A stretch of 64,000 bases of DNA from an uncultured Chitinophagaceae bacterium (GCA_964355925.1 CAYHFN010000004.1:2386-66385); one strand, 5' to 3'; counted from the first letter of the stretch, positions 8,959 to 20,073 are shown. Notes: generated by a model not told the origin, from the sequence alone. Numbers and translations are program-made.

Positions 8959-8978
8959 TATCGGGAGATTTTTTCGTA

Positions 8979-10742
8979 ATGCAGTATAAGAAACGAACAC
9001 ATACAGGTGGTGAACTTCGTTCATTACATATTGGACAAATGGTTACACTAACAGGTTGGGTAGATACAAATAGAGACCTCGGAGGAGTGATTTTTATTGA
9101 CCTTCGGGATCGGTATGGAAAAACTCAGGTTGTCTTTAATCCTAAATTCAATGAATCCGTTTATGCTCTCGCAAAAGAATTACGCACTGAATTTGTCATT
9201 TCTGTTACGGGGAAAGTTGAAAGACGACCTGAAGGAACAGAAAATTCAAAATTAGGAACGGGAGAGATCGATGTTCTTGCTGAAGAATTAACCATCATTA
9301 ATAAAGCTGAAACAACGCCATTTCCAATTGATGATAAATTGGACACGAATGAAGACCTGCGTTTAAAGTATCGATATCTTGATCTTCGCAGAGCTCCTAT
9401 GCAGGCAAATTTATTGCTGCGGCATCAAATGTATCAGATCACTCGGCGGTATTTTGATGAATTTAATTTTATTGAAGTTGAGACTCCGGTTCTGATGAAA
9501 AGTACTCCGGAAGGTGCACGTGATTTTCTTGTTCCCAGCAGAATAAATCCGGGGAAATTTTATGCGCTGCCACAATCTCCGCAAACATACAAACAAATTT
9601 TAATGGTGGCCGGATACGATCGATATTTCCAGATCGTTAAATGTTTCCGTGATGAAGATCTCCGTGCCGACAGACAACTAGAATTCACGCAAATAGATGT
9701 TGAAATGTCATTTGTGGATGAAATAGATATTCAAACCATCGTTGAAGGTTTAATGAAGCGGTTCATGAAAGAGATCAAAGGTATCGATATTGTTACACCC
9801 TTCCCACGTCTTACCTACAAAGATGCGATGGAAGGATATGGAAGTGATAAACCTGATCTTCGTTTTGAATTAAAGTTTGCAGACTTCAGTAATATTGTAA
9901 AAGACTCTGGATTCAAAGTCTTTACAGAAAATGTGAAAAAGGGTGGAGTTGTTGCAGGCTTCGTAGTTCCTGGCGGAGCAAGTTATACTCGAAATCAAAT
10001 GGACAATCTTGTTGATTTCACAAAATCACTTGGAGTCGGCGGTCTTGCGTATATCAAATTAACAGAAAAAGGGATTGATTCAGCAATTGAAAAATTTTTA
10101 GGAAATGATATCTGTAAACAAATCTGCGAACAAGCAGGTGCTAAAGTTGGTGACAATGTTTTGATCGTTTCTGATACATGGCAAAAAACATATTCGACAC
10201 TTGGCGTTCTTCGACTTGAGATAGCAAAGCGATTGAATCTGATCGATGAGAATAAATGGAATCTGCATTGGGTTGTCGATTTTCCGATGTTTGATTATTC
10301 AGAAGAAGATAAACGTCATGTTGCTATGCATCATCCGTTTACTGCACCAAAACCTGAAGATTTATATTTACTGGATTCGGAACCAACGAAAGCGCGCGCC
10401 CGCGCATACGATCTTGTGATGAATGGAAACGAAGTCGCCGGTGGAAGTATTCGGATATATGATTCTGCGATGCAAAGTAAAGTATTTGGCTTGCTTGGTA
10501 TCGGTCCGGAAGAAGCAAAGATGAAATTTGGGTTTATGCTCGACGCATTCAAATACGGTGCACCTCCGCATGGTGGAATTGCTTTTGGTTTTGATCGTCT
10601 TGCAATGTTATTTGCCGGCGTAAAGTCTATTCGTGATGTGATCGCATTCCCAAAAACATCGAGCGGAGTTTCGTTGATGGATGAGAATCCATCTGAAGTG
10701 GATAAAAAACAATTGGATGAATTGCATATTAAGTTGAAATAA
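8979..10742 (+). CDS. aspS: aspartate--tRNA ligase
   Basis: 587 aa with an N-terminal OB domain and class II motifs (FRDEDLRADRQLEFTQID, GGSIRI, GFDRL). Confidence 0.95.
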   Translation: MQYKKRTHTGGELRSLHIGQMVTLTGWVDTNRDLGGVIFIDLRDRYGKTQVVFNPKFNESVYALAKELRTEFVISVTGKVERRPEGTENSKLGTGEIDVLAEELTIINKAETTPFPIDDKLDTNEDLRLKYRYLDLRRAPMQANLLLRHQMYQITRRYFDEFNFIEVETPVLMKSTPEGARDFLVPSRINPGKFYALPQSPQTYKQILMVAGYDRYFQIVKCFRDEDLRADRQLEFTQIDVEMSFVDEIDIQTIVEGLMKRFMKEIKGIDIVTPFPRLTYKDAMEGYGSDKPDLRFELKFADFSNIVKDSGFKVFTENVKKGGVVAGFVVPGGASYTRNQMDNLVDFTKSLGVGGLAYIKLTEKGIDSAIEKFLGNDICKQICEQAGAKVGDNVLIVSDTWQKTYSTLGVLRLEIAKRLNLIDENKWNLHWVVDFPMFDYSEEDKRHVAMHHPFTAPKPEDLYLLDSEPTKARARAYDLVMNGNEVAGGSIRIYDSAMQSKVFGLLGIGPEEAKMKFGFMLDAFKYGAPPHGGIAFGFDRLAMLFAGVKSIRDVIAFPKTSSGVSLMDENPSEVDKKQLDELHIKLK

Positions 10743-10747
10743 AATTC

Positions 10748-12109
10748 ATGAAACAAAAAATTCGCATTGCATCAGGTCAAGGATTTTGGGGCGATCTCCA
10801 ACGGGCGCCGATCGATCAGGTTCGTAAAGGGCAGATCGATTATATGATGCTTGATTATCTTGCTGAAGTGACGATGTCAATTATGCAAAAGCAGAAATTG
10901 AAAGATCCAAAACTTGGATATGCAAAAGATTTGGTCCAATTATTAGAAGAGATTCTTCCTGATGTTGTTCAAAAAGGAATTAAGATTATTACCAACGGCG
11001 GTGGAGTCAATCCGTTGGCGTGTCGAGATGCGATTTTTGCTGTTGCCAAAAAGCTTAACATAAAAAATTTAAAAATTGGTGTTGTCTATGGTGATGATAT
11101 CCTTTTGAACATCGACGATCTTGCTTCGAAAGGAATATATCTGGATAATATGGAAACAGGAGAAAAACTTTCTTCCGTACGTAATCATGTTATCAGTGCT
11201 AATGTTTATTTTGGGGCTCAGCCAATTGTTGAAGCATTACAGCAAGGTGCACAAATTATTATTACCGGAAGAACGACAGATACCGGCTTAACGCTTGCAC
11301 CGATGATGTATGAATTTGATTGGAAGTGGGATGATTGGAATAGGATTGCAGCCGGGACGGTTGCGGGTCATATCCTAGAATGCGGAGGTCAAGCAAGCGG
11401 AGGAAATTTTACGGGAGATTGGAGAAATGTTCCTGATCTGGCAAATATTGGATTTCCAATTGCCGATGCTTATCCGGATGGAAAATTTATTATTACGAAA
11501 CATGAAAATACCGGCGGACTTGTTTCTAGTGCCACCGTAAAAGAACAATTGTTATATGAGATCGGTAATCCTAAAAATTACATCACTCCTGATTGTATTG
11601 CTGATTTCACATCGATTCACTTGGATGAAATTGGTGCAAACAAAGTAGAAGTTTATGGAATTGAAGGAAAGCCTGCAACCGATTCTTATAAGGTCTCTAT
11701 GGCATATTTTGATGGTTACACGGCATTTTCTACACTAACATATGCATGGCCAGATGCGTTGGATAAAGCGAAAAGAGCAGATGAAATACTCCGCTCTCGA
11801 TTGAAAAATCTTGATGTTCAATTTGATGAAATACGAACTGAATTTTTAGGATACGATTCTTCTTTTGGCCCGCTTGCCCAACACCCTGAAATGTTGAATG
11901 AAGTTGTAATGAGAATTGGTGTTCGAGGAAAAGATAAGAACGCGATCGAACGATTCAGTCGTGAAATAGCGCCGCTGATTTTAACAGGTCCTCCATCCGT
12001 TACCGGATTTGCAGCCGGAAGACCGAAACCGAGTGAAGTTATTGCATATTGGCCTGCACTGATACCAAAATCTGCAGTGAAGCCGAATGTTGAGGTGGTA
12101 TCACTTTGA
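10748..12109 (+). CDS. AtuA-like (DUF1446) family protein
   Basis: N-terminus IRIASGQGFWGDL...DYLAEVTMSI matches the acyclic-terpene-utilisation AtuA family pattern, from memory. Confidence 0.75.
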   Translation: MKQKIRIASGQGFWGDLQRAPIDQVRKGQIDYMMLDYLAEVTMSIMQKQKLKDPKLGYAKDLVQLLEEILPDVVQKGIKIITNGGGVNPLACRDAIFAVAKKLNIKNLKIGVVYGDDILLNIDDLASKGIYLDNMETGEKLSSVRNHVISANVYFGAQPIVEALQQGAQIIITGRTTDTGLTLAPMMYEFDWKWDDWNRIAAGTVAGHILECGGQASGGNFTGDWRNVPDLANIGFPIADAYPDGKFIITKHENTGGLVSSATVKEQLLYEIGNPKNYITPDCIADFTSIHLDEIGANKVEVYGIEGKPATDSYKVSMAYFDGYTAFSTLTYAWPDALDKAKRADEILRSRLKNLDVQFDEIRTEFLGYDSSFGPLAQHPEMLNEVVMRIGVRGKDKNAIERFSREIAPLILTGPPSVTGFAAGRPKPSEVIAYWPALIPKSAVKPNVEVVSL

Positions 12110-12429
12110 AAATTCAACTCATCCAAATTGCACATGCGCGTTCAGGAGATAAAGGTGATACTGGGAATGTTGGAGTCATAGCTCGAAAGCCGGAATACTA
12201 TCCACTGTTGGTTAAGTACCTTTCAGTTGACAGAGTTAAAAAACATTTTGAAGGAATATGTTTGGGAAAGATTGAACGATTTGAAATTGAGAATATCGGT
12301 GCATTAAATTTTTTACTTCATCAATCGCTTGGTGGAGGAGGAACAAAATCATTAAAGAATGATGCTCAAGGAAAGATATTGAGTAGTGTGATGTTGAGAA
12401 TGGAATTTGATATAGAGGAAACCATATAA
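12106..12429 (+). CDS. DUF4387-like small partner of AtuA-family proteins
   Basis: AHARSGDKGD...ALNFLLHQSLGGGGTKSLKNDAQGK. TTG start overlaps the upstream TGA (TTGA), with a GAGGTGG SD 8 nt upstream. Confidence 0.7.
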   Translation: MKIQLIQIAHARSGDKGDTGNVGVIARKPEYYPLLVKYLSVDRVKKHFEGICLGKIERFEIENIGALNFLLHQSLGGGGTKSLKNDAQGKILSSVMLRMEFDIEETI

Positions 12430-13539
12430 TGTTTGAATCAGCAAAAGATGAGTTACAAAAACTGCAGAATCGTCACACCCAACTTCGGGGGTATCTTTGA
12501 CATCGAAGTCAAACAAAGCGAAATAGATGCCCTTCAACAAAAAACAACAGATTCAAATTTTTGGAATGACAATGTTGCCGCTCAAAAAGTAATGCAGGAG
12601 ATCAACTCCCGTACACTATGGGTTGATTCTTGGCTATCAGTAAAACGAATGCTTGATGATGCACAAACGTTAATTGAACTTTCCGAAGAATCACAAGACG
12701 AATCATTACAGAACGATATCGACAATGAATTTTTTAAGATCAAGAACGCGTTTGCAGAAATTGAATTTCGAAACATGCTCAGCGGAGACGATGACAAACG
12801 CACCGCAATTTTAACGGTTCATTCCGGTGCCGGTGGAACTGAATCTCAGGATTGGGCTGAGATGTTATTGCGGATGTATATGCGGTGGTGTGAAAAAAAA
12901 GGGTATAAAATATCTCTTGCCGACCGGCAAGATGGTGATGGAGCAGGGATAAAAAGTGCAACGATTGAAATTGTTGGTGATTATGCATATGGATATCTGA
13001 AAGCAGAAATTGGTGTACATCGGTTGGTGAGAATTTCTCCTTTTGATGCAAACAAACGAAGACATACATCCTTTGCTTCGGTATTCGTTTACCCTGAAAT
13101 TGAAGATGATGTTGCGATAGAAGTTAATCCTGCCGATGTTGAAATGGACACATATCGTGCTGGGGGAAAAGGGGGACAAAATGTTAACAAAGTTGAAACA
13201 GCTGTCAGACTTCGACATATTCCAAGCGGTGTGGTAGTTGCATGTCAAGAGGAACGTTCGCAATTTCAAAATCGTGAACGTGCTATGAAAATGCTGAAAT
13301 CCCGTTTGTATCAAATTCGCAAAGAAGAAGAAGAAGCACGACTTGCAGTAATAGAAGGCACAAAAAAGAAGATTGAATGGGGAAGTCAGATACGTTCATA
13401 TGTATTTCATCCTTACAATATGGTAAAAGACCATCGTACCGAAGAAGAAACCAGTGACACTCAAGGTGTGATGGATGGTGAATTAGATAAATTCATCAAA
13501 TCATATTTAATGCAGGCAAGCAATCACAACGTTGCATAA
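12429..13539 (+). CDS. prfB: peptide chain release factor 2, expressed through a programmed +1 frameshift (join 12429..12497, 12499..13539)
   Basis: Frame 0 reads [23 protein letters not shown] then TGA at 12498. Frame +1 continues [12 protein letters not shown]... with SPF and GGQ motifs. The site is CTT TGA C, preceded by a GGGGG SD-like element. Confidence 0.95.
12486..12501 (+). other. RF2 autoregulatory +1 frameshift site
   Basis: CGGGGGTAT CTT TGA C: an internal SD-like GGGGG lies 3 nt before the slippery CTT codon, and the in-frame TGA is followed by C. Confidence 0.9.
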
Positions 13540-13540
13540 C

Positions 13541-14770
13541 ATGAACTTCATTTCGTTTACTGCACTACGTTTTCTACAATTCCAAAAATCATCTCGCACT
13601 CAGAGTTTTATTTCATTTGTCACAGCAATTGCAATCACCGGTGTTATGCTGGGAGTTGCTTCACTTATTATTGCGTTGACGATTCTCGGCGGTTTTGAAA
13701 AAGAATTGAAAGAAAAAGTTATCGGCTTTGCAACACATATTCAAGTAACGACATATACAAATCAGCCAATTCGGTATTATCAAAACATCGAAACTAAATT
13801 AAGGAAAGAAATACCTCAGTTACGATCAGTATCTGCGTATGTCGCAAAAGAAGCTATGATCAATTATGGTGATGTTACGGAAGGGATCATCATAAAAGGA
13901 ATCGAACAAATTTCATCTGAGTCCGGAATTAATAAATATCTCGTTCAAGGAAATATTGATTTTGAAAAAATTTGTGATGGTTTATACGGTTGTGTTATAG
14001 GCAAAAAATTATTGACAACGCTTGACGCAAAACTGAAGGATACAGTTTTCGTTTTCGGTCTTCAAGGACATATTCAAACAACTATTGCACCAAATGTTAT
14101 TGCGTTTGTGATTAACGGTGTCTATGAATCAGGGATGTCAGAATATGATGATGTGTATCTTTTTGCAGGGATTCCTTCAGTTCAACAATTGGTCAATTAT
14201 GATGAAGCGGTGACTGGATTTGAAGTGATGGTAAATGATGTTGAAGCTTCACCTGAAATTGCTAAGGCAATTGTCGATATTTTAGGGTATCCCTTCAATG
14301 CTAAGACACTCTTTCAATTATATCGAAATCTATTTACGTGGATCGAATTACAAAAAGAACCAATACCATTAATTTTAGGACTCATTATTGCCGTTGCAGC
14401 CGTTAATATTATCGGAACATTGTTAATGCTTGTCCTTGAAAAACGTAAACAAGTCGGAATTTTACGATCATTAGGTGCATCGGCGCGTGATATTAAAAGA
14501 ATATTTATGATTAATGGGATATTCATAGCAATAGTTGGGATTGTACTCGGTAATTTGTTTGCTTTTACTATTTGTTGGTTGCAGTTGGAATACCATTTTT
14601 TTTCTCTGCCGTCAACGATTTATTTTATGAAAACTGTTCCCATATATTTTAAGATTGAAAATTTTGCAATAGTTTCAATTATCAGTTTTATTCTTTGTGT
14701 CGGCGCAGCATATATTCCGGCTCGTCTTGCATCTAAACTTGATCCAATAAAAGCCATTCGATTAGGATAA
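13541..14770 (+). CDS. LolC/LolE-family lipoprotein-releasing ABC permease (FtsX/MacB type)
   Basis: One N-terminal TM, a large periplasmic domain and a C-terminal FtsX-type 3-TM bundle. ATG 13541 preferred over TTG 13532. Confidence 0.85.
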   Translation: MNFISFTALRFLQFQKSSRTQSFISFVTAIAITGVMLGVASLIIALTILGGFEKELKEKVIGFATHIQVTTYTNQPIRYYQNIETKLRKEIPQLRSVSAYVAKEAMINYGDVTEGIIIKGIEQISSESGINKYLVQGNIDFEKICDGLYGCVIGKKLLTTLDAKLKDTVFVFGLQGHIQTTIAPNVIAFVINGVYESGMSEYDDVYLFAGIPSVQQLVNYDEAVTGFEVMVNDVEASPEIAKAIVDILGYPFNAKTLFQLYRNLFTWIELQKEPIPLILGLIIAVAAVNIIGTLLMLVLEKRKQVGILRSLGASARDIKRIFMINGIFIAIVGIVLGNLFAFTICWLQLEYHFFSLPSTIYFMKTVPIYFKIENFAIVSIISFILCVGAAYIPARLASKLDPIKAIRLG

Positions 14771-15990
14771 TGAAATATACTTTTTTTATAGCAAAACGAT
14801 ATTTTCTGGCCAAAAAAGATACAAGCTTTATCTCAGTGATTTCTTTGATTTCAATTTTTGGTGTAACAATCGGAGTTGCAGCGCTTATCGTTGTACTCTC
14901 TGTCTTTAATGGCTTTAACGGCCTTGTGACAGATATTTTGATTGGTTTTGATCCCCACGTAAGAATTACCACAACAAAAAACACTATTCCTTCTGATATC
15001 ACTGATTTGAAAAGAAGTCTCGTATTACAGACGAGCATTTCCGCTCATTCTGAATTTGTTTCGGGAAAAGGAATGTTGGTGTCTAAAAAGACAACAAAAG
15101 TAATTTTCATCAGAGGTTTAGAAACAGAATCAATTTCAAATGTATCCGGCGTAACGTCAAGTCTAATTATAGGAACAACAAAATTTACGGAATCGAACAA
15201 TGAAATTGTCATTGGGTATAGTCTTGCAGACAAATTAGGGATCGGCATTGATGATACTGTCTTTGTTGTTACAACTGCTGGTGTTCAAAACGCTTTATCT
15301 GGGATTGCATTGCCTCAATTATTTGCATTGAATGTTATCGGAATTTATGAAGCAAGAAATAAAGACTATGATGGCCTTTATGCATTCACTTCATTGCAAA
15401 CATCAAAGCGTTTATTTTCCACAAAAAATGTGCAGGGATTTGATATTCGGTTAAATTCAATTGATGATACTGAATTATTTGTTGAAACAATACAAAATCG
15501 TTATCCTGATAAATTTATTGTACAGTCTTGGTTTGATCTTCATAAAGATTTGTATTCTGTAATGCAAGTGGAACGATGGACAGCTTTTATTATTCTTACA
15601 TTGATTATTGCCGTTGCATCATTTAATCTTCTCGGCTCTTTAACAATGACTGTGATTGAAAAAACTCGAGATATTGGGATCCTAAAAGCAATGGGAGCAA
15701 CACAAAAAGATATTCTTTCAATATTCCGTTTAGAAGGTTTCCTTGTGGGAATATTTGGTTCCGTCTTTGGTCTTGGATTAGGTTCTTTGATCTGTTGGCT
15801 GCAAATAAGATTTCAATTGTTTGCACTCGATTCAAATGTGTATATCATACCGGCAATTCCGATAGAGATGAGAGCTATGGACTTAATTTTGGTTCCCATT
15901 TCGGCATTAATTCTATGTTCACTTGCAGCATATTATCCTTCAAAACGGGCGGCTCAATTACAGCCGTCTGAAGCAGTACGTTGGGAGTAA
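14770..15990 (+). CDS. LolC/LolE-family lipoprotein-releasing ABC permease, second copy
   Basis: Same architecture as the preceding gene. TAATG overlap with it. Confidence 0.85.
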   Translation: MKYTFFIAKRYFLAKKDTSFISVISLISIFGVTIGVAALIVVLSVFNGFNGLVTDILIGFDPHVRITTTKNTIPSDITDLKRSLVLQTSISAHSEFVSGKGMLVSKKTTKVIFIRGLETESISNVSGVTSSLIIGTTKFTESNNEIVIGYSLADKLGIGIDDTVFVVTTAGVQNALSGIALPQLFALNVIGIYEARNKDYDGLYAFTSLQTSKRLFSTKNVQGFDIRLNSIDDTELFVETIQNRYPDKFIVQSWFDLHKDLYSVMQVERWTAFIILTLIIAVASFNLLGSLTMTVIEKTRDIGILKAMGATQKDILSIFRLEGFLVGIFGSVFGLGLGSLICWLQIRFQLFALDSNVYIIPAIPIEMRAMDLILVPISALILCSLAAYYPSKRAAQLQPSEAVRWE

Positions 15991-16661
15991 TGATGATCCT
16001 TGAAGTAAAAAATATTCATAAACAATACCGAACCGGTATTTCAAATCAGCTAAATGTGTTGAAAGGAGTTTCTCTTTCATTCAATTCTGGTGAAATTGTT
16101 TCCGTGGTTGGGCAATCGGGTGCGGGTAAGAGTACGTTAGTTCACATATTAGGATTATTAGATAGACCATCGAGTGGTGAAATTTTATTTGAAGGTAAGA
16201 ATGTTACGAATCTTTCGGATGAACAGATATCAAAAATTCGAAATCTAAATATTGGTTTTGTCTTTCAATTTCATCATTTGCTTCCGGAATTTACTGCAGT
16301 AGAGAATGTAATGATGCCGGCTATGATAGCAGGGAATAATGGAAAAAGAGAAAATGAGAAAGCCAAAGAGCTATTATGTGAAGTTGGTTTAGAAGAACGG
16401 TTTAATCATAGACCAAATGAACTTTCCGGTGGTGAACAACAGCGCGTAGCAGTTGCTCGTTCTTTAATGAATTCACCAAAAATCATTTTTGCCGATGAAC
16501 CATCTGGTAATTTGGATGCTGAAAATGCTGAAAAACTTCATGAGATTCTGTTTAACCTCCGGAATAAGTATAATCAATCATTTGTGATTGTTACTCATAA
16601 TAAGGAACTCGCCAATCGATCTGACCGCATTATTACCCTTTCAAACGGTTCGATAGTTTAA
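15990..16661 (+). CDS. lolD: lipoprotein-releasing ABC transporter ATP-binding protein
   Basis: Walker A GQSGAGKST, signature LSGGEQQR, Walker B IIFADEP. ATG 15990 overlaps the upstream TAA. Confidence 0.9.
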   Translation: MMILEVKNIHKQYRTGISNQLNVLKGVSLSFNSGEIVSVVGQSGAGKSTLVHILGLLDRPSSGEILFEGKNVTNLSDEQISKIRNLNIGFVFQFHHLLPEFTAVENVMMPAMIAGNNGKRENEKAKELLCEVGLEERFNHRPNELSGGEQQRVAVARSLMNSPKIIFADEPSGNLDAENAEKLHEILFNLRNKYNQSFVIVTHNKELANRSDRIITLSNGSIV

Positions 16662-16680
16662 TCTTTCAAGAATTTGACTA

Positions 16681-16709
16681 TTGACATATCAGTTTATTGT
16701 TATTATATT
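16681..16709 (+). promoter_or_regulatory. putative sigma-70-type promoter of groESL
   Basis: TTGACA (16681-16686), 17-nt spacer, TATATT (16704-16709). It abuts the CIRCE operator. Confidence 0.45.
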
Positions 16710-16734
16710 AGCACTCAGATTGTAAGAGTGCTAA
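16708..16734 (+). promoter_or_regulatory. CIRCE operator (HrcA binding site)
   Basis: Perfect TTAGCACTC-N9-GAGTGCTAA inverted repeat 53 nt upstream of groES. Confidence 0.9.
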
Positions 16735-16786
16735 TATACAAAATTCCGTTAAGTCACAATAAATCAATACGTTATAAGGAGGTACC

Positions 16787-17077
16787 ATGAAAATTCATCC
16801 ATTATCAGATCGAATAGTTGTAAAACCTGCTGAAGCTGAGGAAAAGACCAAAGGTGGTCTTTATCTACCTGACACAGCAAAAGAAAAACCAGTATGGGGA
16901 GAAGTTATTGCAGTAGGTCCGGGTAAGATAACGGAAGATGGGAAAAAAATTCCGATGGAAGTAAAAGTTGCAGATAAAGTGTTATACGGAAAGTATTCCG
17001 GCACAGAAGTTTCAGTTGATGGACAAGAAGTTCTCATCATGCGTGAAAGCGACATCTTTGCAATTATGCCGAAATAA
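16787..17077 (+). CDS. groES: co-chaperonin GroES
   Basis: 96 aa, IVVKP...[10 protein letters not shown] pattern, AAGGAGG SD. Confidence 0.95.
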   Translation: MKIHPLSDRIVVKPAEAEEKTKGGLYLPDTAKEKPVWGEVIAVGPGKITEDGKKIPMEVKVADKVLYGKYSGTEVSVDGQEVLIMRESDIFAIMPK

Positions 17078-17091
17078 TTTTTTGAAAATAA

Positions 17092-18747
<1,656 letters not shown>

Positions 18748-18758
18748 TCGTTTTCCAC

Positions 18759-18788
18759 AACCTTGCGAAGGTTTTGAATTTTCGCAAG
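18759..18788. repeat. intergenic palindromic element, copy B
   Basis: AACCTTGCGAAGGTT at 18759-18773, with partner TTCGCAAG at 18781-18788. Confidence 0.65.
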
Positions 18789-18799
18789 ATTTAGTTATT

Positions 18800-18834
18800 A
18801 ACCCTCAGTCAAAGTCCTTGGCTGAGGGTTTTTT
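18800..18834 (+). terminator. groEL rho-independent terminator
   Basis: AACCCTCAG ...13 nt... CTGAGGGTT followed by TTTT. Confidence 0.8.
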
Positions 18835-18876
18835 ATTTTCTATATTTCAGCATAGAAATGAGAGGAAAACAACTTT

Positions 18877-20073
18877 ATGCCACTGCATACAAAAATTGCG
18901 CAAATCCAGCAAAAACTTATAGAATATAAATTAGATGGATGGCTCCTTTACAATTTTCGAGGAAACAATCAATTTGCTTCTAAAATACTTGAAATGCCTG
19001 TTGGTAAACTTTCTTCTCGTCGATATTTCTATTTCATTCCATCTTCTGGTTCACCGCAAAAATTAGTTCACAGTATTGAACAATATGATCTTGACCATTT
19101 GCCCGGTGAAAAGTCAATTTATAGCCAATGGAAGACTCTTCATACAGGATTGGAAAAAATTCTTTCCTATTCTAAGACTATTTGTATGGAATACTCTCCA
19201 AATAATGATATTCCGTATCTGTCGAAAGTGGATGCGGGAACAGTTGAATTTATTCGGACATTCGGATCCCATATTGTCTCTTCTGGAGACATCGTTCAGT
19301 ATTTTGAAGCGCGTTGGAATGAAGAACAATATACCGATGCACAAGATGCTGCAAATATATTATTGGAAACGATCGATAAAGCATTTAAATATATTGGTGA
19401 GAATCTGCGCAGTAAAACTAAAGTGACCGAGTATGATGTGCAACAATTAATTATGGGTGAATTTAAGAAAAATAATCTCACAACCTATGCTCCAGCAAAT
19501 TGTTCAGTGAATAGTAATGGAGCAAATCCTCATTATGATCCAAGTGAATCAAATTCTTCAGAAATTAATAAGGGGGATTATATTCTGATCGATTGGTGGG
19601 CAAAGAAAAATAAACCCGGTGCAGTGTATGCTGATTTTACATGGGTAGGTTTTGCTGGGACTGAGATTCCGAAAAAGTATCAGGATGTGTTCGATATTGT
19701 TAAAGGCTCTCGTGATGCCGCTGTTGATTATCTTAAAAAAGAATTTACGGCAGGACGTAAAGTTCGAGGGTGTGATGTTGATGATGTAACACGAAAATTT
19801 ATCGAGGATCGAGGGTATGGCAAATACTTTGTCCACCGTACAGGACACAACATCGGTGAAGAAGTTCATGGTAACGGTGCTCATATAGATAATTTTGAAA
19901 CGATGGATGTTCGTGAGATCATTCCTGAAACTTGTTTTTCTATTGAGCCAGGAATATATTTGCCCGGAGAATTTGGAATTCGGCTTGAGATTGATGTATA
20001 TATTTCTAAAAATCGGGAAGTGATCTTGCTGGGTAAAAAATATCAGAACGAGATCGTTACGATTGAATGCTAA
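18877..20073 (+). CDS. M24-family metallopeptidase (Xaa-Pro aminopeptidase/creatinase fold)
   Basis: HRTGHNIGEEVHGNG and FSIEPGIY...GIRLE metal-ligand motifs. Confidence 0.8.
   Translation: MPLHTKIAQIQQKLIEYKLDGWLLYNFRGNNQFASKILEMPVGKLSSRRYFYFIPSSGSPQKLVHSIEQYDLDHLPGEKSIYSQWKTLHTGLEKILSYSKTICMEYSPNNDIPYLSKVDAGTVEFIRTFGSHIVSSGDIVQYFEARWNEEQYTDAQDAANILLETIDKAFKYIGENLRSKTKVTEYDVQQLIMGEFKKNNLTTYAPANCSVNSNGANPHYDPSESNSSEINKGDYILIDWWAKKNKPGAVYADFTWVGFAGTEIPKKYQDVFDIVKGSRDAAVDYLKKEFTAGRKVRGCDVDDVTRKFIEDRGYGKYFVHRTGHNIGEEVHGNGAHIDNFETMDVREIIPETCFSIEPGIYLPGEFGIRLEIDVYISKNREVILLGKKYQNEIVTIEC

Noticed and set aside
8500-8960. Possible degenerate CRISPR array or T-box leader upstream of aspS
   Set aside because: The hairpin units share no conserved repeat sequence of CRISPR length and no regular repeat-spacer periodicity. 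There are no cas genes, no T-box consensus (GGTGGTACCGCG-like) and no specifier-loop architecture. I kept the region as an unexplained structured region instead.
8446-8978. tRNA, tmRNA, RNase P or SRP RNA in the large gaps (also 1604-1881 and 58783-59031)
   Set aside because: I could not find T-arm GGTTCGA-type boxes, a CCA-ended acceptor pairing, the RNase P GAGGAAAGTCC box or an SRP domain IV motif. This rests on a by-eye scan only, so it is weakly excluded.
12865-13314. 149-aa and 96-aa minus-strand ORFs inside prfB
   Set aside because: They are antisense shadows of a conserved gene, with no motifs.
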